Translations under genes and position numbers: made by a program
Shown: piece after piece, positions 18,253 through 27,318 of the stretch
Numbering within the stretch: the first letter of the stretch is position 1
Layout of the letters: every line of letters starts with the position of its first letter
From: a virus
Lineage: Duplodnaviria; Heunggongvirae; Uroviricota; Caudoviricetes
Reading direction: 5' to 3' (one strand)
DNA: 50,120 nucleotides
Virus record (IMG/VR): IMGVR_UViG_3300006052_000001
The notes under the pieces: generated by a model
The model's input: only the letters and a program-made list of their open reading frames with translations
Told to the model about the DNA's origin: nothing
Databases searched by the model: none

Positions 18253-20199
18253 ATGAAACGTGGAATCATTCTAAACGAGGATGATCTGCGCGAGGTAGTC
18301 AAGTACTTCACAACTAAAGACGCATTCGTGTTTGACGTTGAAGCAACAGGACCGCACAGGAATGTGCCCCACCTGGCTAATGTTACATGGATGGGACTGG
18401 CAACAGATGGGGTGGCCGTAACTATACCGTTCGGCCACCCCAACGGCTCTCGTATCATAGGAGAGAAACCAGAGTTCCATCAGTACAAAACAGGTAAGAA
18501 AATTGGTGACACATATTCACGAATGGTTCCTGTTTATGACGATCCGCCTCCGCAGATGAGCGCGGGCAAAGTCTTTGAGATATTAAAACCTCTCTTCTGG
18601 AAACCACAGATCAGGAAGACAGGACACAACCTGATCTATGATCTGACTGCAACCGCGAAATACTGGGGTGAAGTAGCTCCACCCCCATACGATGACACCA
18701 TTGTCATGCAATGGCTACTCGATGAGAACATGCTACGTAAAGACCTGAAGACATTGACCAAGAAATACTATGGTGCTGACTACGATAAAGAGGGCGTAGG
18801 AAAAGCAGTAGAGAAGTACCCATTAGGTGTCGTTGATTACTACCTGTACTGTGATGTTGTGTACGACTGGTTACTACGTGAGAGATTTAATCCGCAAATT
18901 GACGAAGAGGGATTGCGGGAGATATACAATCTTGAGATGGATGTACTTAATGTACTAGTAGGAATGCAGCTACATGGTGCTAAGGTTGATGTCCCAAGAC
19001 TTGAGCAGCTTCAGGTTGACTTGAAGGTACAAGTTGAGCAAGCTGAGGCAGAGATTTATAAAGCTGCCGGTAAGAGATTCAATGTGAATTCTACTCCGCA
19101 GAAGCAGAAGATACTTTATGGTCCCAAGCCTGAAGGTCAGGGACTAAAACCCTGGAAGCTCACAAAGGGCGGCAAGGGAAAGACGCTCCCCGAAATTACA
19201 GACTACTCAACTGATTCAGATGTACTGGCTTCCTATCCTGGTAACAAGGTAGCTGTTGCTCTGACTAAGTACCAGGATGTCAACAAGATTCTTACTACCT
19301 ACGTAACAGGATGGCTTGGCGATGGTGCTGAGAAAAGTTCTATTATCTATAACGATCATATTCACGCTGACTTTGTACAGTATGGCACTGTTACTGGTCG
19401 TTTTTCTTGCCGAGAACCCAATCTGCAAAATATTCCTCGACCTAGCTCTGATCTTGGGCGAATGGTTCGTGGTGCGTTCATTAGTGAAGAAGGCGGTAAG
19501 CTTATCGTCGCAGACTACGGGCAAATTGAGCTTGTAGTTCTGGCTCACTACCTTGGACAAGGAAAACTGTATGACGGTTTCATTCAGGGTATTGATCCTC
19601 ACACTATGACCGCTGCTATGGTTCTAGGTAAAAGGCCAGAGGAAATCACTAAGGATGAACGACAGAGGTTCGGTAAGACTCTTAACTTCGCCGTGGTATA
19701 TGGTGCTGGTATCAATAAGGTAGCTGCTCTTGCTGAAGTACCAGTGAGTGAGGCCAAGCAGATTCTAGCCAAGCACGCACGACAGTTCCCAGAAATCCCG
19801 GCATTCAGGGATGAGGTAATCAGGATCACTAAGTCTCGTAAGCCTCAGCCTTACCTGACTACTCTTATGGGACGTAAGAGAAGAATCACTGGGCTGTACG
19901 CAAGAGATGATGGTATCAGAATGTCAGCCGAGAGACAGACGTTCAACTCCCTGATCCAAGGTGGTGCGGCAGATTTAATTAAATTTGCTATGGTAAGGGT
20001 TGACGGACTACTACCACCCGAGGTATCATTAATCTTGACAGTACACGATGAGATAGTTCTTGCTTCTCCCGAGTCAATGGCACAGGAAGCTTCGTTGTTG
20101 CTGAAGGAGGCAATGACGGGTGAGGGAATTCAGTCTTTAGTAAAGGTTCCGCTTCTTGCGGACGTTAAGATAGTTGATAGGTGGTCGGACGCTAAGTGA
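18253..20199 (+). CDS. polA: DNA polymerase, family A (3'-5' exonuclease + polymerase; no 5'-3' exonuclease)
   Basis: FVFDVEATG and GHNLIYD exo motifs; TVTGRFSCREPNLQNIP; ADYGQIEL (A); KTLNFAVVYG (B); TVHDEIV (C). Confidence 0.95.
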   Translation: MKRGIILNEDDLREVVKYFTTKDAFVFDVEATGPHRNVPHLANVTWMGLATDGVAVTIPFGHPNGSRIIGEKPEFHQYKTGKKIGDTYSRMVPVYDDPPPQMSAGKVFEILKPLFWKPQIRKTGHNLIYDLTATAKYWGEVAPPPYDDTIVMQWLLDENMLRKDLKTLTKKYYGADYDKEGVGKAVEKYPLGVVDYYLYCDVVYDWLLRERFNPQIDEEGLREIYNLEMDVLNVLVGMQLHGAKVDVPRLEQLQVDLKVQVEQAEAEIYKAAGKRFNVNSTPQKQKILYGPKPEGQGLKPWKLTKGGKGKTLPEITDYSTDSDVLASYPGNKVAVALTKYQDVNKILTTYVTGWLGDGAEKSSIIYNDHIHADFVQYGTVTGRFSCREPNLQNIPRPSSDLGRMVRGAFISEEGGKLIVADYGQIELVVLAHYLGQGKLYDGFIQGIDPHTMTAAMVLGKRPEEITKDERQRFGKTLNFAVVYGAGINKVAALAEVPVSEAKQILAKHARQFPEIPAFRDEVIRITKSRKPQPYLTTLMGRKRRITGLYARDDGIRMSAERQTFNSLIQGGAADLIKFAMVRVDGLLPPEVSLILTVHDEIVLASPESMAQEASLLLKEAMTGEGIQSLVKVPLLADVKIVDRWSDAK

Positions 20200-20702
20200 C
20201 AAGTAGCGCAGATTTCTGGGCCAGGAAATTTAAGCCAGAAGAAACACAACCCGCTCCAATAGTACAACAGCCTACTGATAGACCCTGGTGGGCTGTTGTA
20301 CCACCAGAGCCTACTGCCCAAAGAACAGTGCCAAGTGATCCTGTTGTAACAGGCAGGCCAGGTCAGAGAGTTAAACTTACAGATGAGATAGAGATTACTC
20401 TTGACGCTAATGGTGAGTACAGGCCAGCTAAGGCCACGCACCTTAAGAGTTCCAGTATGTGCCCCGATTGTGGTAGCACTAATTACAGTAAAGTAACTGC
20501 TTCAACGGCACCTAGATGTTTTGAGTGCGGCTACGTAGATGGCAGGTCAATAGCCGATGCTAACAGACCTATTGGTGGTGCTACAGAAGGAAAATCTGCT
20601 GGACGGGCAAGGCAAACTGCTGCCGGTGGTGGAGTCAAAAATAATTATCACGGAAATATTACTACGGCATCTGAAGCGGTGTCTTATGTAGGTGGAGTTT
20701 AA
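20196..20702 (+). CDS. Zinc-ribbon hypothetical protein
   Basis: CPDCGSTNY...RCFECGY; Pro/Gly-rich flanks. Confidence 0.65.
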   Translation: MTSSADFWARKFKPEETQPAPIVQQPTDRPWWAVVPPEPTAQRTVPSDPVVTGRPGQRVKLTDEIEITLDANGEYRPAKATHLKSSSMCPDCGSTNYSKVTASTAPRCFECGYVDGRSIADANRPIGGATEGKSAGRARQTAAGGGVKNNYHGNITTASEAVSYVGGV

Positions 20703-20996
20703 ATGAGAGAAGATGTAGAGAAGGCCGTCTTCGATTCGCTGTACGAGCTAGCTGGTCCAGAATATGATGGGCTTAGTCTTAGGCTAATCAGCAGAAAAAT
20801 TATGGACGAGGTAGACAAGCATGTGGTGGAAGAGTCCGAAGCTATGTACGACAATGGCTATGATGCTGCTACCGATAAATACGGAGATACTTCCTGGGAA
20901 GTAGAAGACGCCTTTTCAAATGGATATGAAGAGGGATATGAAGAGGGATACGCAGCAGCTAAGGCAGAACTAAGTGGACCTTCAGACGATAATTGA
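20703..20996 (+). CDS. Acidic hypothetical protein with GY(E/D)xG repeats
   Basis: NGYD, NGYEEGYEEGY; includes a 12-nt tandem duplication. Confidence 0.6.
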   Translation: MREDVEKAVFDSLYELAGPEYDGLSLRLISRKIMDEVDKHVVEESEAMYDNGYDAATDKYGDTSWEVEDAFSNGYEEGYEEGYAAAKAELSGPSDDN

Positions 20997-21165
20997 CAGG
21001 TTAAAAGACATAGAGAAAGACATAGTTGACTATGGAGTAGAGAAATACTCCGCAGGATTCGACGCCGGTTATGCTCTAGGTTTTGATGACCTGAGAGTTA
21101 AGAATGGGTACTACTGGGATAAAGATAATCTAAGATGGGCGAAGAAAACTGAAGATGAGACTTGA
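20974..21165 (+). CDS. Small hypothetical protein
   Basis: Overlaps neighbours; AGFDAGYALG motif. Confidence 0.55.
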   Translation: MDLQTIIDRLKDIEKDIVDYGVEKYSAGFDAGYALGFDDLRVKNGYYWDKDNLRWAKKTEDET

Positions 21166-22273
21166 TACAGAAGCATTAATGAAGCAAATCAATAAAGATT
21201 TTGGCGGGGGTACGGTCCTCGTTGCTTCAGACATAGCAGTGCCACGAAGATTTACGTCCGGTTCCCTGTCCTTAGATGTAGCGTTAGGTGGCGGCTGGCC
21301 TGGTGGTAGATGGGTTGAGATTATCGGCAAGGAATCTGCCGGTAAGACAGCTATAGCATTTAAGACTGTAGCAGCAAATCAGAAGCTTGATCCTGAGTTT
21401 GCTACCTTGTGGGTAGCAGCAGAAGCTTACGATACAGACCAGGCCGCTGCTCTTGGTGTAGATAACGACAGAGTTGTGGTTGTGCCAACACAGGAGATGG
21501 AGCTAGCCTTTGAGCTAATGATTAAGGCGGCAGAATCTAAAGCTGTTGACATGATTGTCCTAGACTCCTATCCTGCCCTTATCCCTGGTGAAGAGGCCGA
21601 AAAAGCTATGGATGAATTTACCATGACTCAGGGTGCGAGGCTTATGAATAAGTTTACCCGTAAGGCAGGAAAGGCAACAGACAGGGACGCAACTGGAACT
21701 GAGCGACCTATGCTTGGAATTATTATCAACCAGTTCAGGGATAAAATTGGAGGATTTGCGAGATTCGGAGTACCCCAGACAAGTCCCGGTGGTCATGGAA
21801 AAGATTACTTCTATCATGCCAGACTTGAAGTTTCAAGAGATGACTGGATTGTTGAAAAACGACCGGGAATTGCTGATCCTGTTAAAGTAGGACAGACCAT
21901 CAAGCTACGTACAATTAAGAACAAATCTGCTGCTCCCCAGCAGACAGCCACGGTTAATTTCTATTTCCGTAGCGCTCCCTATCTTGGATTCGAACGTGGT
22001 GACTACGATCTTGGGTCTGAATACTTTACTATGGGAGTGCTGTTCGGAGTTATCAGAAAATCAGGAGCTTGGTTCTACTACGATGACAGAAAATGGCATG
22101 GTAAGGAAGCTGCTGTAGCTGAACTACGATCTGATCATGCCCTTCAATCCGCTGTCTGTACCGAAGTACTCGAAGCCGCAAAGAATCCGAAGCTAGTTGA
22201 TCAGATTCTTCCAGAAAACGTAGAAAGAGCGGCGGAAGGAAATCGTCGCGGATTAGGAACATTAAATGAGTAA
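21155..22273 (+). CDS. recA: RecA/UvsX-like recombinase
   Basis: SGSLSLDVALGGGWPGGRWVEIIGKESAGKT, IVLDS, IINQFRDKIG, PGG, SGAWFYY. Confidence 0.95.
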   Translation: MRLDTEALMKQINKDFGGGTVLVASDIAVPRRFTSGSLSLDVALGGGWPGGRWVEIIGKESAGKTAIAFKTVAANQKLDPEFATLWVAAEAYDTDQAAALGVDNDRVVVVPTQEMELAFELMIKAAESKAVDMIVLDSYPALIPGEEAEKAMDEFTMTQGARLMNKFTRKAGKATDRDATGTERPMLGIIINQFRDKIGGFARFGVPQTSPGGHGKDYFYHARLEVSRDDWIVEKRPGIADPVKVGQTIKLRTIKNKSAAPQQTATVNFYFRSAPYLGFERGDYDLGSEYFTMGVLFGVIRKSGAWFYYDDRKWHGKEAAVAELRSDHALQSAVCTEVLEAAKNPKLVDQILPENVERAAEGNRRGLGTLNE

Positions 22274-22520
22274 GCCAACAGCATTAGGACTAGAGCTAGA
22301 GTGGGATGATGAGATGGAGTTTCCGATCCATCCCCTAGATGCGATAGTAATTTCACATGGTTTAGACGGTAACATGGACGACGTTTATGTCGTAATGACG
22401 ACCCCTAATATGGGGAACGTACAGGCAGCAGGACTTCTTGAGTATGCTAAGCACTGGAACGATCTTCTTATTATGAACGATCTTGTAAAGCACTTCAATG
22501 CCTATTCCGAAGAGGAATGA
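22266..22520 (+). CDS. Hypothetical protein
   Basis: Tight packing, acidic. Confidence 0.6.
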   Translation: MSKPTALGLELEWDDEMEFPIHPLDAIVISHGLDGNMDDVYVVMTTPNMGNVQAAGLLEYAKHWNDLLIMNDLVKHFNAYSEEE

Positions 22521-22839
22521 GCATTTAAAGCGTTCTAGATTGCAGGAGGTTAGGGCTGCCCGCCAGTATGGGGGCAGCGTTAACAGTGGTTCTGGTAATC
22601 AATGGCGCAGGAAAAATGACGTAAGAACAACGGAAGAGTCAATAGAGCTAAAGACTACTACCAAGCACAGCTATTCGCTAAAAGCGGCAGAGATAGCAAC
22701 CGCTCTTAAAAATGCTCTACTTGATGACAGAATGATGGTATTTGAAATAGAGTTTGCTGACGATGGTATAACATGTGTTGTCCTAGATAAGTCAGACTAT
22801 CTCACGTTGAGGGAGAGAGGCTTAAGTGACTCAGAATAG
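22498..22839 (+). CDS. PD-(D/E)XK nuclease, Holliday-junction resolvase-like
   Basis: QE..AA..YGG...SGSGNQW..KNDV......IELKTT. Confidence 0.7.
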   Translation: MPIPKRNEHLKRSRLQEVRAARQYGGSVNSGSGNQWRRKNDVRTTEESIELKTTTKHSYSLKAAEIATALKNALLDDRMMVFEIEFADDGITCVVLDKSDYLTLRERGLSDSE

Positions 22840-23207
22840 TACTAAGGTTACGTGTAGATGCGCCTAATGGCTGGGCATCAGCTAAGTGCAGAAATATACA
22901 GATAACGCAAGACTATGACCCCTTCTTTGACGAAGAGGATAACAGTGACGCGCTAGATTTCTGCAACGGAGAAGCTGATGGTGTTGTGTGTCCCATCCGG
23001 CAAGAATGCCTGCTTTTCGCGCTTACTAATAATTGCAAAGAGGGCGTGTGGGGTGGAACAAGTGAAATTACCAGAAAAGCGATCAGGAAAAAGAACCCGC
23101 TTAAAAAAGGAACAGAGCCGAGAACTGAATGGCAATGGATGAGCGAAGAAGACGCCTTAAAGGGTCTGGACAGAAATCAGCTTCTACAGGAAGTAGAGCT
23201 AGAGTAG
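22836..23207 (+). CDS. whiB: WhiB-family Fe-S transcription factor (start codon unresolved; ATA at 22836 proposed)
   Basis: Frame of track ORF 22986 extends upstream without stops to 22836: W..AKC...DPFF...C...VCPIRQECL.FAL.N....GVWGG, four Cys plus GVWGG. Confidence 0.8.
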   Translation: MVLRLRVDAPNGWASAKCRNIQITQDYDPFFDEEDNSDALDFCNGEADGVVCPIRQECLLFALTNNCKEGVWGGTSEITRKAIRKKNPLKKGTEPRTEWQWMSEEDALKGLDRNQLLQEVELE

Positions 23208-24112
23208 TAAAATCGGAGAAAGGGCCGTTTCAGAAGGCAGCAAGCATAAAGTCGTCTACCGGCATCGTTATACCTCTGGTAAAGAAAGTGATCCTAGATC
23301 AACATGCAGCTAACAGCGCAAGAACTTCTAGACGAAGTAACACAATCTTTCCCTCAGAGATGGCTAGATCAGAGTGGTGTCCTAGAGCGACATATTACAG
23401 AATGTCTGGCTTGCCGGAACCGGCTAGTTCAAACAGTTTTGCTCTTGATAATGTCTTCTCAGAGGGAAATAGAATCCACTCTAAGTGGCAAGGATGGCTA
23501 GCAAAAACTGGCGATCTTTGGGGTGACTGGTACTGTGCTAGCTGTGACACCAGGGTAAACAATTCCCTTATTCCTGATAATGCAAGATATGAAGGTTTTT
23601 CGCCTTACTGGACAGACGATCACTTGCACGAATGGGAATACAAGGAAGTTACCCTCAAGTCAACTACGCAGATGATCTCCGGTCACGCTGACGGCGCGTT
23701 GTACAAAGAGAATTGCCTTATCGAGATTAAGTCGATGGGTATTGGTACTTTCCGCTTCGAGGCTCCCAACATACTCAAGGACAATACCTACGAAGTAAAC
23801 GGCAAGAAAATCACCGACATTGAGGGTATGTGGAAGTCAATTCACCGCCCCTTGATGAGCCACGTTAAGCAAGGTAATATCTACTTGCACATGGCACAGG
23901 AGATGGGTATGCCGTTTGATCGCATAGTATTCCTGTACGAGTTTAAGGCCAATCAGCAAGTTAAGGAATTCTTGATTAGCAAGTCAGATGACGTGCTAGA
24001 ACCTCTACTTGACACGGCCCGCCAGATCGAGTATGCTCTGAGCATCGGAGTCCCACCAGCCTGTCCGTTTGGTGGTTGCGGCTCTTGTAAGGCTTATGAG
24101 AAGGAGGACTAA
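23129..24112 (+). CDS. Cas4-like / PD-(D/E)XK exonuclease
   Basis: PSEM...WCPRATYY, G..IH, ISGHADG, LIEIKS, Q..IY, C-terminal CPFGGCGSC Fe-S-type cysteines. Confidence 0.75.
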   Translation: MAMDERRRRLKGSGQKSASTGSRARVVKSEKGPFQKAASIKSSTGIVIPLVKKVILDQHAANSARTSRRSNTIFPSEMARSEWCPRATYYRMSGLPEPASSNSFALDNVFSEGNRIHSKWQGWLAKTGDLWGDWYCASCDTRVNNSLIPDNARYEGFSPYWTDDHLHEWEYKEVTLKSTTQMISGHADGALYKENCLIEIKSMGIGTFRFEAPNILKDNTYEVNGKKITDIEGMWKSIHRPLMSHVKQGNIYLHMAQEMGMPFDRIVFLYEFKANQQVKEFLISKSDDVLEPLLDTARQIEYALSIGVPPACPFGGCGSCKAYEKED

Positions 24113-24114
24113 CA

Positions 24115-24357
24115 ATGTACCTTGGCAGAGAAAGACTTGGAACTAGAAAAGCTCCGATTGCGCCAATTCGTAGATTTTATTACGAAAATCCAGAAGAGAT
24201 AAAAGACGTAGTAGATAGGATCAAGGAAGACTATCCAGAGTTTAATGATCTTCAGGCCCGTCTATGGGAGATTATTTCTCGTTTTCGCGGGGAAAATGGT
24301 CTATCTGCTAATAATGTTAGTTACCTAGTGTCGGCTATTTATCAGGAGGTAAGTTAA
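24115..24357 (+). CDS. Hypothetical protein
   Basis: GGAGG RBS; packing. Confidence 0.6.
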   Translation: MYLGRERLGTRKAPIAPIRRFYYENPEEIKDVVDRIKEDYPEFNDLQARLWEIISRFRGENGLSANNVSYLVSAIYQEVS

Positions 24358-24540
24358 ATGGCAGTAATAGCAGGCCCAGGATATATTATGTGCGGGCTGG
24401 ATAAGGGAGAAACGCATAAGTACAAGTGCTCATTTTGTGACTACGAATCTAACAACATAGACAACTTCGCAACCTCTATGTGCTGGGAATGCGTTTATGG
24501 TCCAGATATTGCGCCAAATAAGGAGGAAAATGCTAAATAG
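24358..24540 (+). CDS. Small zinc-binding protein
   Basis: CSFC and CWEC pairs; AGGAGG RBS. Confidence 0.6.
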   Translation: MAVIAGPGYIMCGLDKGETHKYKCSFCDYESNNIDNFATSMCWECVYGPDIAPNKEENAK

Positions 24541-24826
24541 TTTAATGACTAATCCTACTGTGTGGCTGATTTTAACTATTCTTGCGCTGGCCGGATTTTA
24601 TGTTGCTGTATCAGCAAGGCGGCGTGAAGATAAACATGCCAAGGAAATGAAGCAGGAAATAAAGAATGCTCGGGAAGAAACATTTAGATACACAGCAGAA
24701 GGATTCAGAAGAAACAAACATCAAATTAGAATAACGTTTGCTAAACTTTTCGGCAAAAGGGAATCTCCAAAAGACTACACCAGAAGACAGTTCTGGAAAG
24801 AGATTTTTAAGGATGGAAATAAATGA
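24530..24826 (+). CDS. Membrane-anchored basic protein
   Basis: AAGGAGG then ATG 24530; N-terminal hydrophobic helix. Confidence 0.6.
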   Translation: MLNSLMTNPTVWLILTILALAGFYVAVSARRREDKHAKEMKQEIKNAREETFRYTAEGFRRNKHQIRITFAKLFGKRESPKDYTRRQFWKEIFKDGNK

Positions 24827-25095
24827 CCTATGTAATAGTTTCGCCACCTAGAATAGATCATGGTGAGGGTGGAAGAGAATGGGATGTCACAACCCCTTCG
24901 GGAGAGTGGATTGCTAGAATTAAGGCGTTTGGCGACTACTGGCCCGGTGATCCAAATATGAGTTACGGTCTTGAAAGTCCAAGATACAACGAAAAAGAAA
25001 AGGGGCTTAGAGACGGTTCGGTTATTACTCTTACTTGGGAGCACCTTGATAAAGCTCTGTCAGAGCTTGAGAATGATGTAATAAATGGCGACTAA
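24823..25095 (+). CDS. Hypothetical protein
   Basis: ATGA overlap with previous gene. Confidence 0.6.
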   Translation: MTYVIVSPPRIDHGEGGREWDVTTPSGEWIARIKAFGDYWPGDPNMSYGLESPRYNEKEKGLRDGSVITLTWEHLDKALSELENDVINGD

Positions 25096-25558
25096 TTACA
25101 GACTCGGTGAGTCTTCTACAAGGGCTGTCCGTAAGGTTCGCGTAGACGAGTTAGAATTACCGGAACGGCCAGAGTACGCAATGCCTACTATCCCCGCAGA
25201 TATTACGGCTGTAGACAGTGCGACTCTGATGGATATTTTTGTAGAGATAAATTCGTGGATGGACTATGTAGATGTCCAGCTAGCAGCAGCATTAATTGAC
25301 GAAAAATACGAAGAGCAAAAACTGGAAGAAATAACCGCTAGAGAGCATCTTCAGGCTAAGGACGAGAAGAACGTAGCCACTATGAAAGCTGTAGCGTTTG
25401 AGAATCCAGATTTTCTCGCCCAGAGAGAAAGAGTGCATCAGGCATATGGATACAGAAGGATTACAGAAACTATTTACAACAGGCTCGACAGAGGGAAGTT
25501 TGTCATCAGCCGGGAAATTACCAGGCGGGCCGGAGACTTTAGAAACTCAGCTTCTTGA
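25085..25558 (+). CDS. Helical protein, possibly UvsY-like recombination mediator
   Basis: All-helical/coiled-coil pattern ending ISREITRR in a recombination cluster; ORF solid, function speculative. Confidence 0.45.
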   Translation: MATNYRLGESSTRAVRKVRVDELELPERPEYAMPTIPADITAVDSATLMDIFVEINSWMDYVDVQLAAALIDEKYEEQKLEEITAREHLQAKDEKNVATMKAVAFENPDFLAQRERVHQAYGYRRITETIYNRLDRGKFVISREITRRAGDFRNSAS

Positions 25559-26372
25559 GTTTAAAAAAATCAGCGCATCACTCACTGAGGTCATTAATAA
25601 AATTGATGCCAGACTAGCGGCTGAGGGAATTTCCACAGAGGCTTCTACAGTAGTCACAGACAGCGCTGAGAAGGACGCTGACGTGTTTTTACTGATCGAC
25701 CGTAGTGGTAGCATGTCTAGCTGTCTTAGCGACGCTCAGGGTGGCTACGACACCTTTATTAAAGAGCAGAAAAAGGCAGTGGGTAAGAGATATGTTTCTC
25801 TCTGGCAGTTTGACACTTCGCACGATCTAGTGTATGCTCCAACGCTGGCGGCTGATATCCGCGACAATTCTTACTTTATCCACCCAAGAGGCGGTACTGC
25901 TCTTCTGGACGCTATTGTAAGACTCGTTGCTTATGCGGACCAAAAGCGTGACCCGTCAAGACAGACTATTGTTGTTATCCTGACTGACGGAGAGGAAAAT
26001 GCGTCCAAGGAAGCTACATCAGCAACGGTAAAGACTCTTATTGAGTCTAAGCAAGGACAGGGATGGGTATTTATCTATCTTGGTGCTAATCAGGATGCTA
26101 TTATCGTTGCTAATAACTACGGAATTCCTATGTCTACAGCAGCTACATATGACATGGCTCATGTAGCAACAACTTCGGCTGGTGCTGCAAATATGATGAG
26201 CGTCGGTCTTCGTGGAGGTAACTATAGTTTTACCCCAGAACAGCGTACTAGTTTCGTAGGCGGTCAGGACGTTAACGTAATGGGAAGAGTTCTGAATATT
26301 CCTGACAAGATGGTAGCTTCGCGTCTTTTGCACTATGATTTTGACGAGAAAGAACCGCTGATTAAGTACTAG
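25446..26372 (+). CDS. von Willebrand factor A (MIDAS) domain protein; start uncertain
   Basis: FLLIDRSGSM (DxSxS), PRGGTALLDAI, VILTDGEENAS, FIYLGANQDA. Confidence 0.85.
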   Translation: MDTEGLQKLFTTGSTEGSLSSAGKLPGGPETLETQLLEFKKISASLTEVINKIDARLAAEGISTEASTVVTDSAEKDADVFLLIDRSGSMSSCLSDAQGGYDTFIKEQKKAVGKRYVSLWQFDTSHDLVYAPTLAADIRDNSYFIHPRGGTALLDAIVRLVAYADQKRDPSRQTIVVILTDGEENASKEATSATVKTLIESKQGQGWVFIYLGANQDAIIVANNYGIPMSTAATYDMAHVATTSAGAANMMSVGLRGGNYSFTPEQRTSFVGGQDVNVMGRVLNIPDKMVASRLLHYDFDEKEPLIKY

Positions 26373-26380
26373 GAGGAAGC

Positions 26381-26830
26381 ATGTATCATATCGGATTTTC
26401 TGGTTCCAGAGATGGAATGACACCACAGCAGCAAGCATATCTGGAACAAAGGCTGTGGGCTATTGCTGCCGGTCAGGGTCCAGTAAATATCGTGGATTTT
26501 CACCACGGAATGAGCGGAGAATCCGATAAGATCGCTCACTACATTGCCCGTAAGTATAAGTACTATATCATTGGGCATCCCTGTATCGAACCAGAATTGC
26601 AGAAGTATCGTTTCGATTGTGTTTGTGATGAGGTTCGTAACATGGCTCCTGCACTAGAACGTAACGGTCATATAGTTGGTGAGATAGGCTCGGTAACGGG
26701 CCTTCTCATCACTACACCTAAAACCGATACTTGGTCTAGGTCAGGCACATGGGGAGCCATGCAAAGAGCTAAATCAGCCGGTGTAAGGGTAGAGCATATC
26801 CAGAGAAATGGAAAAATGGTAGAGTTTTAG
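26381..26830 (+). CDS. SLOG/DprA-like nucleotide-binding protein
   Basis: IGFSGSR.G, FHHG...D..AH..A, LERN..IV, SGTW....RA. Confidence 0.65.
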   Translation: MYHIGFSGSRDGMTPQQQAYLEQRLWAIAAGQGPVNIVDFHHGMSGESDKIAHYIARKYKYYIIGHPCIEPELQKYRFDCVCDEVRNMAPALERNGHIVGEIGSVTGLLITTPKTDTWSRSGTWGAMQRAKSAGVRVEHIQRNGKMVEF

Positions 26831-26838
26831 GAGGAATC

Positions 26839-27318
26839 ATGCACAAGATATCTTGTGATTGTGGCCCTTGCCTGGATGAAAAAGCTGCTAGACGAAATTG
26901 TATGCTTTGCGGTATTAGGTGTTCGGCATCCTATTCAAAAAAGTCAGTACCAGGAGGCTTCCTGTGTGTGGACTGTTTCACTGTTATAGATACAAACGAA
27001 AGAAACTTTGTTACACTGGAACCAAAAAACTATACCGTAGGTCTAGAAGATCGCATGACATACGATCAGCTATTTTGGCGATTCGTATATTCGTCTGATT
27101 ATGATGAAGCTAAGAAACTTTTTGAGCATCTAATGAATAAGGTCCATCTTGGTATGTCACCAATTGGGCCAAGGTACGAAACGTGGGTTAGCACTCCTGA
27201 TCCGCACGTAATTGTGCCAGTTAAAACCAGCAAACGACCAGCGTTTAACTCAATAATGCTACTAATCAATTTTGTAATTATCACGGTAGGCACCCTAGTA
27301 TTTTTTGGAGTAATATAG
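26839..27318 (+). CDS. Zinc-binding protein with C-terminal membrane anchor
   Basis: CDCGPC, CMLC, CVDC; hydrophobic C-terminus; AGGAGG RBS. Confidence 0.6.
   Translation: MHKISCDCGPCLDEKAARRNCMLCGIRCSASYSKKSVPGGFLCVDCFTVIDTNERNFVTLEPKNYTVGLEDRMTYDQLFWRFVYSSDYDEAKKLFEHLMNKVHLGMSPIGPRYETWVSTPDPHVIVPVKTSKRPAFNSIMLLINFVIITVGTLVFFGVI

Noticed and set aside
20926-20951. 12-nt tandem repeat as a regulatory or contingency locus
   Set aside because: In-frame, encodes GYEEGYEEGY; ordinary low-complexity coding repeat
12110-22273. Inteins or introns in dnaB, polA, recA
   Set aside because: Lengths are normal and motifs contiguous; no C/S...HN splice ends or homing endonuclease inserts
23129-24112. 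CRISPR-Cas locus implied by the Cas4-like gene
   Set aside because: No cas1/cas2 and no regularly spaced repeat-spacer array seen anywhere; the dispersed repeats are kilobases apart
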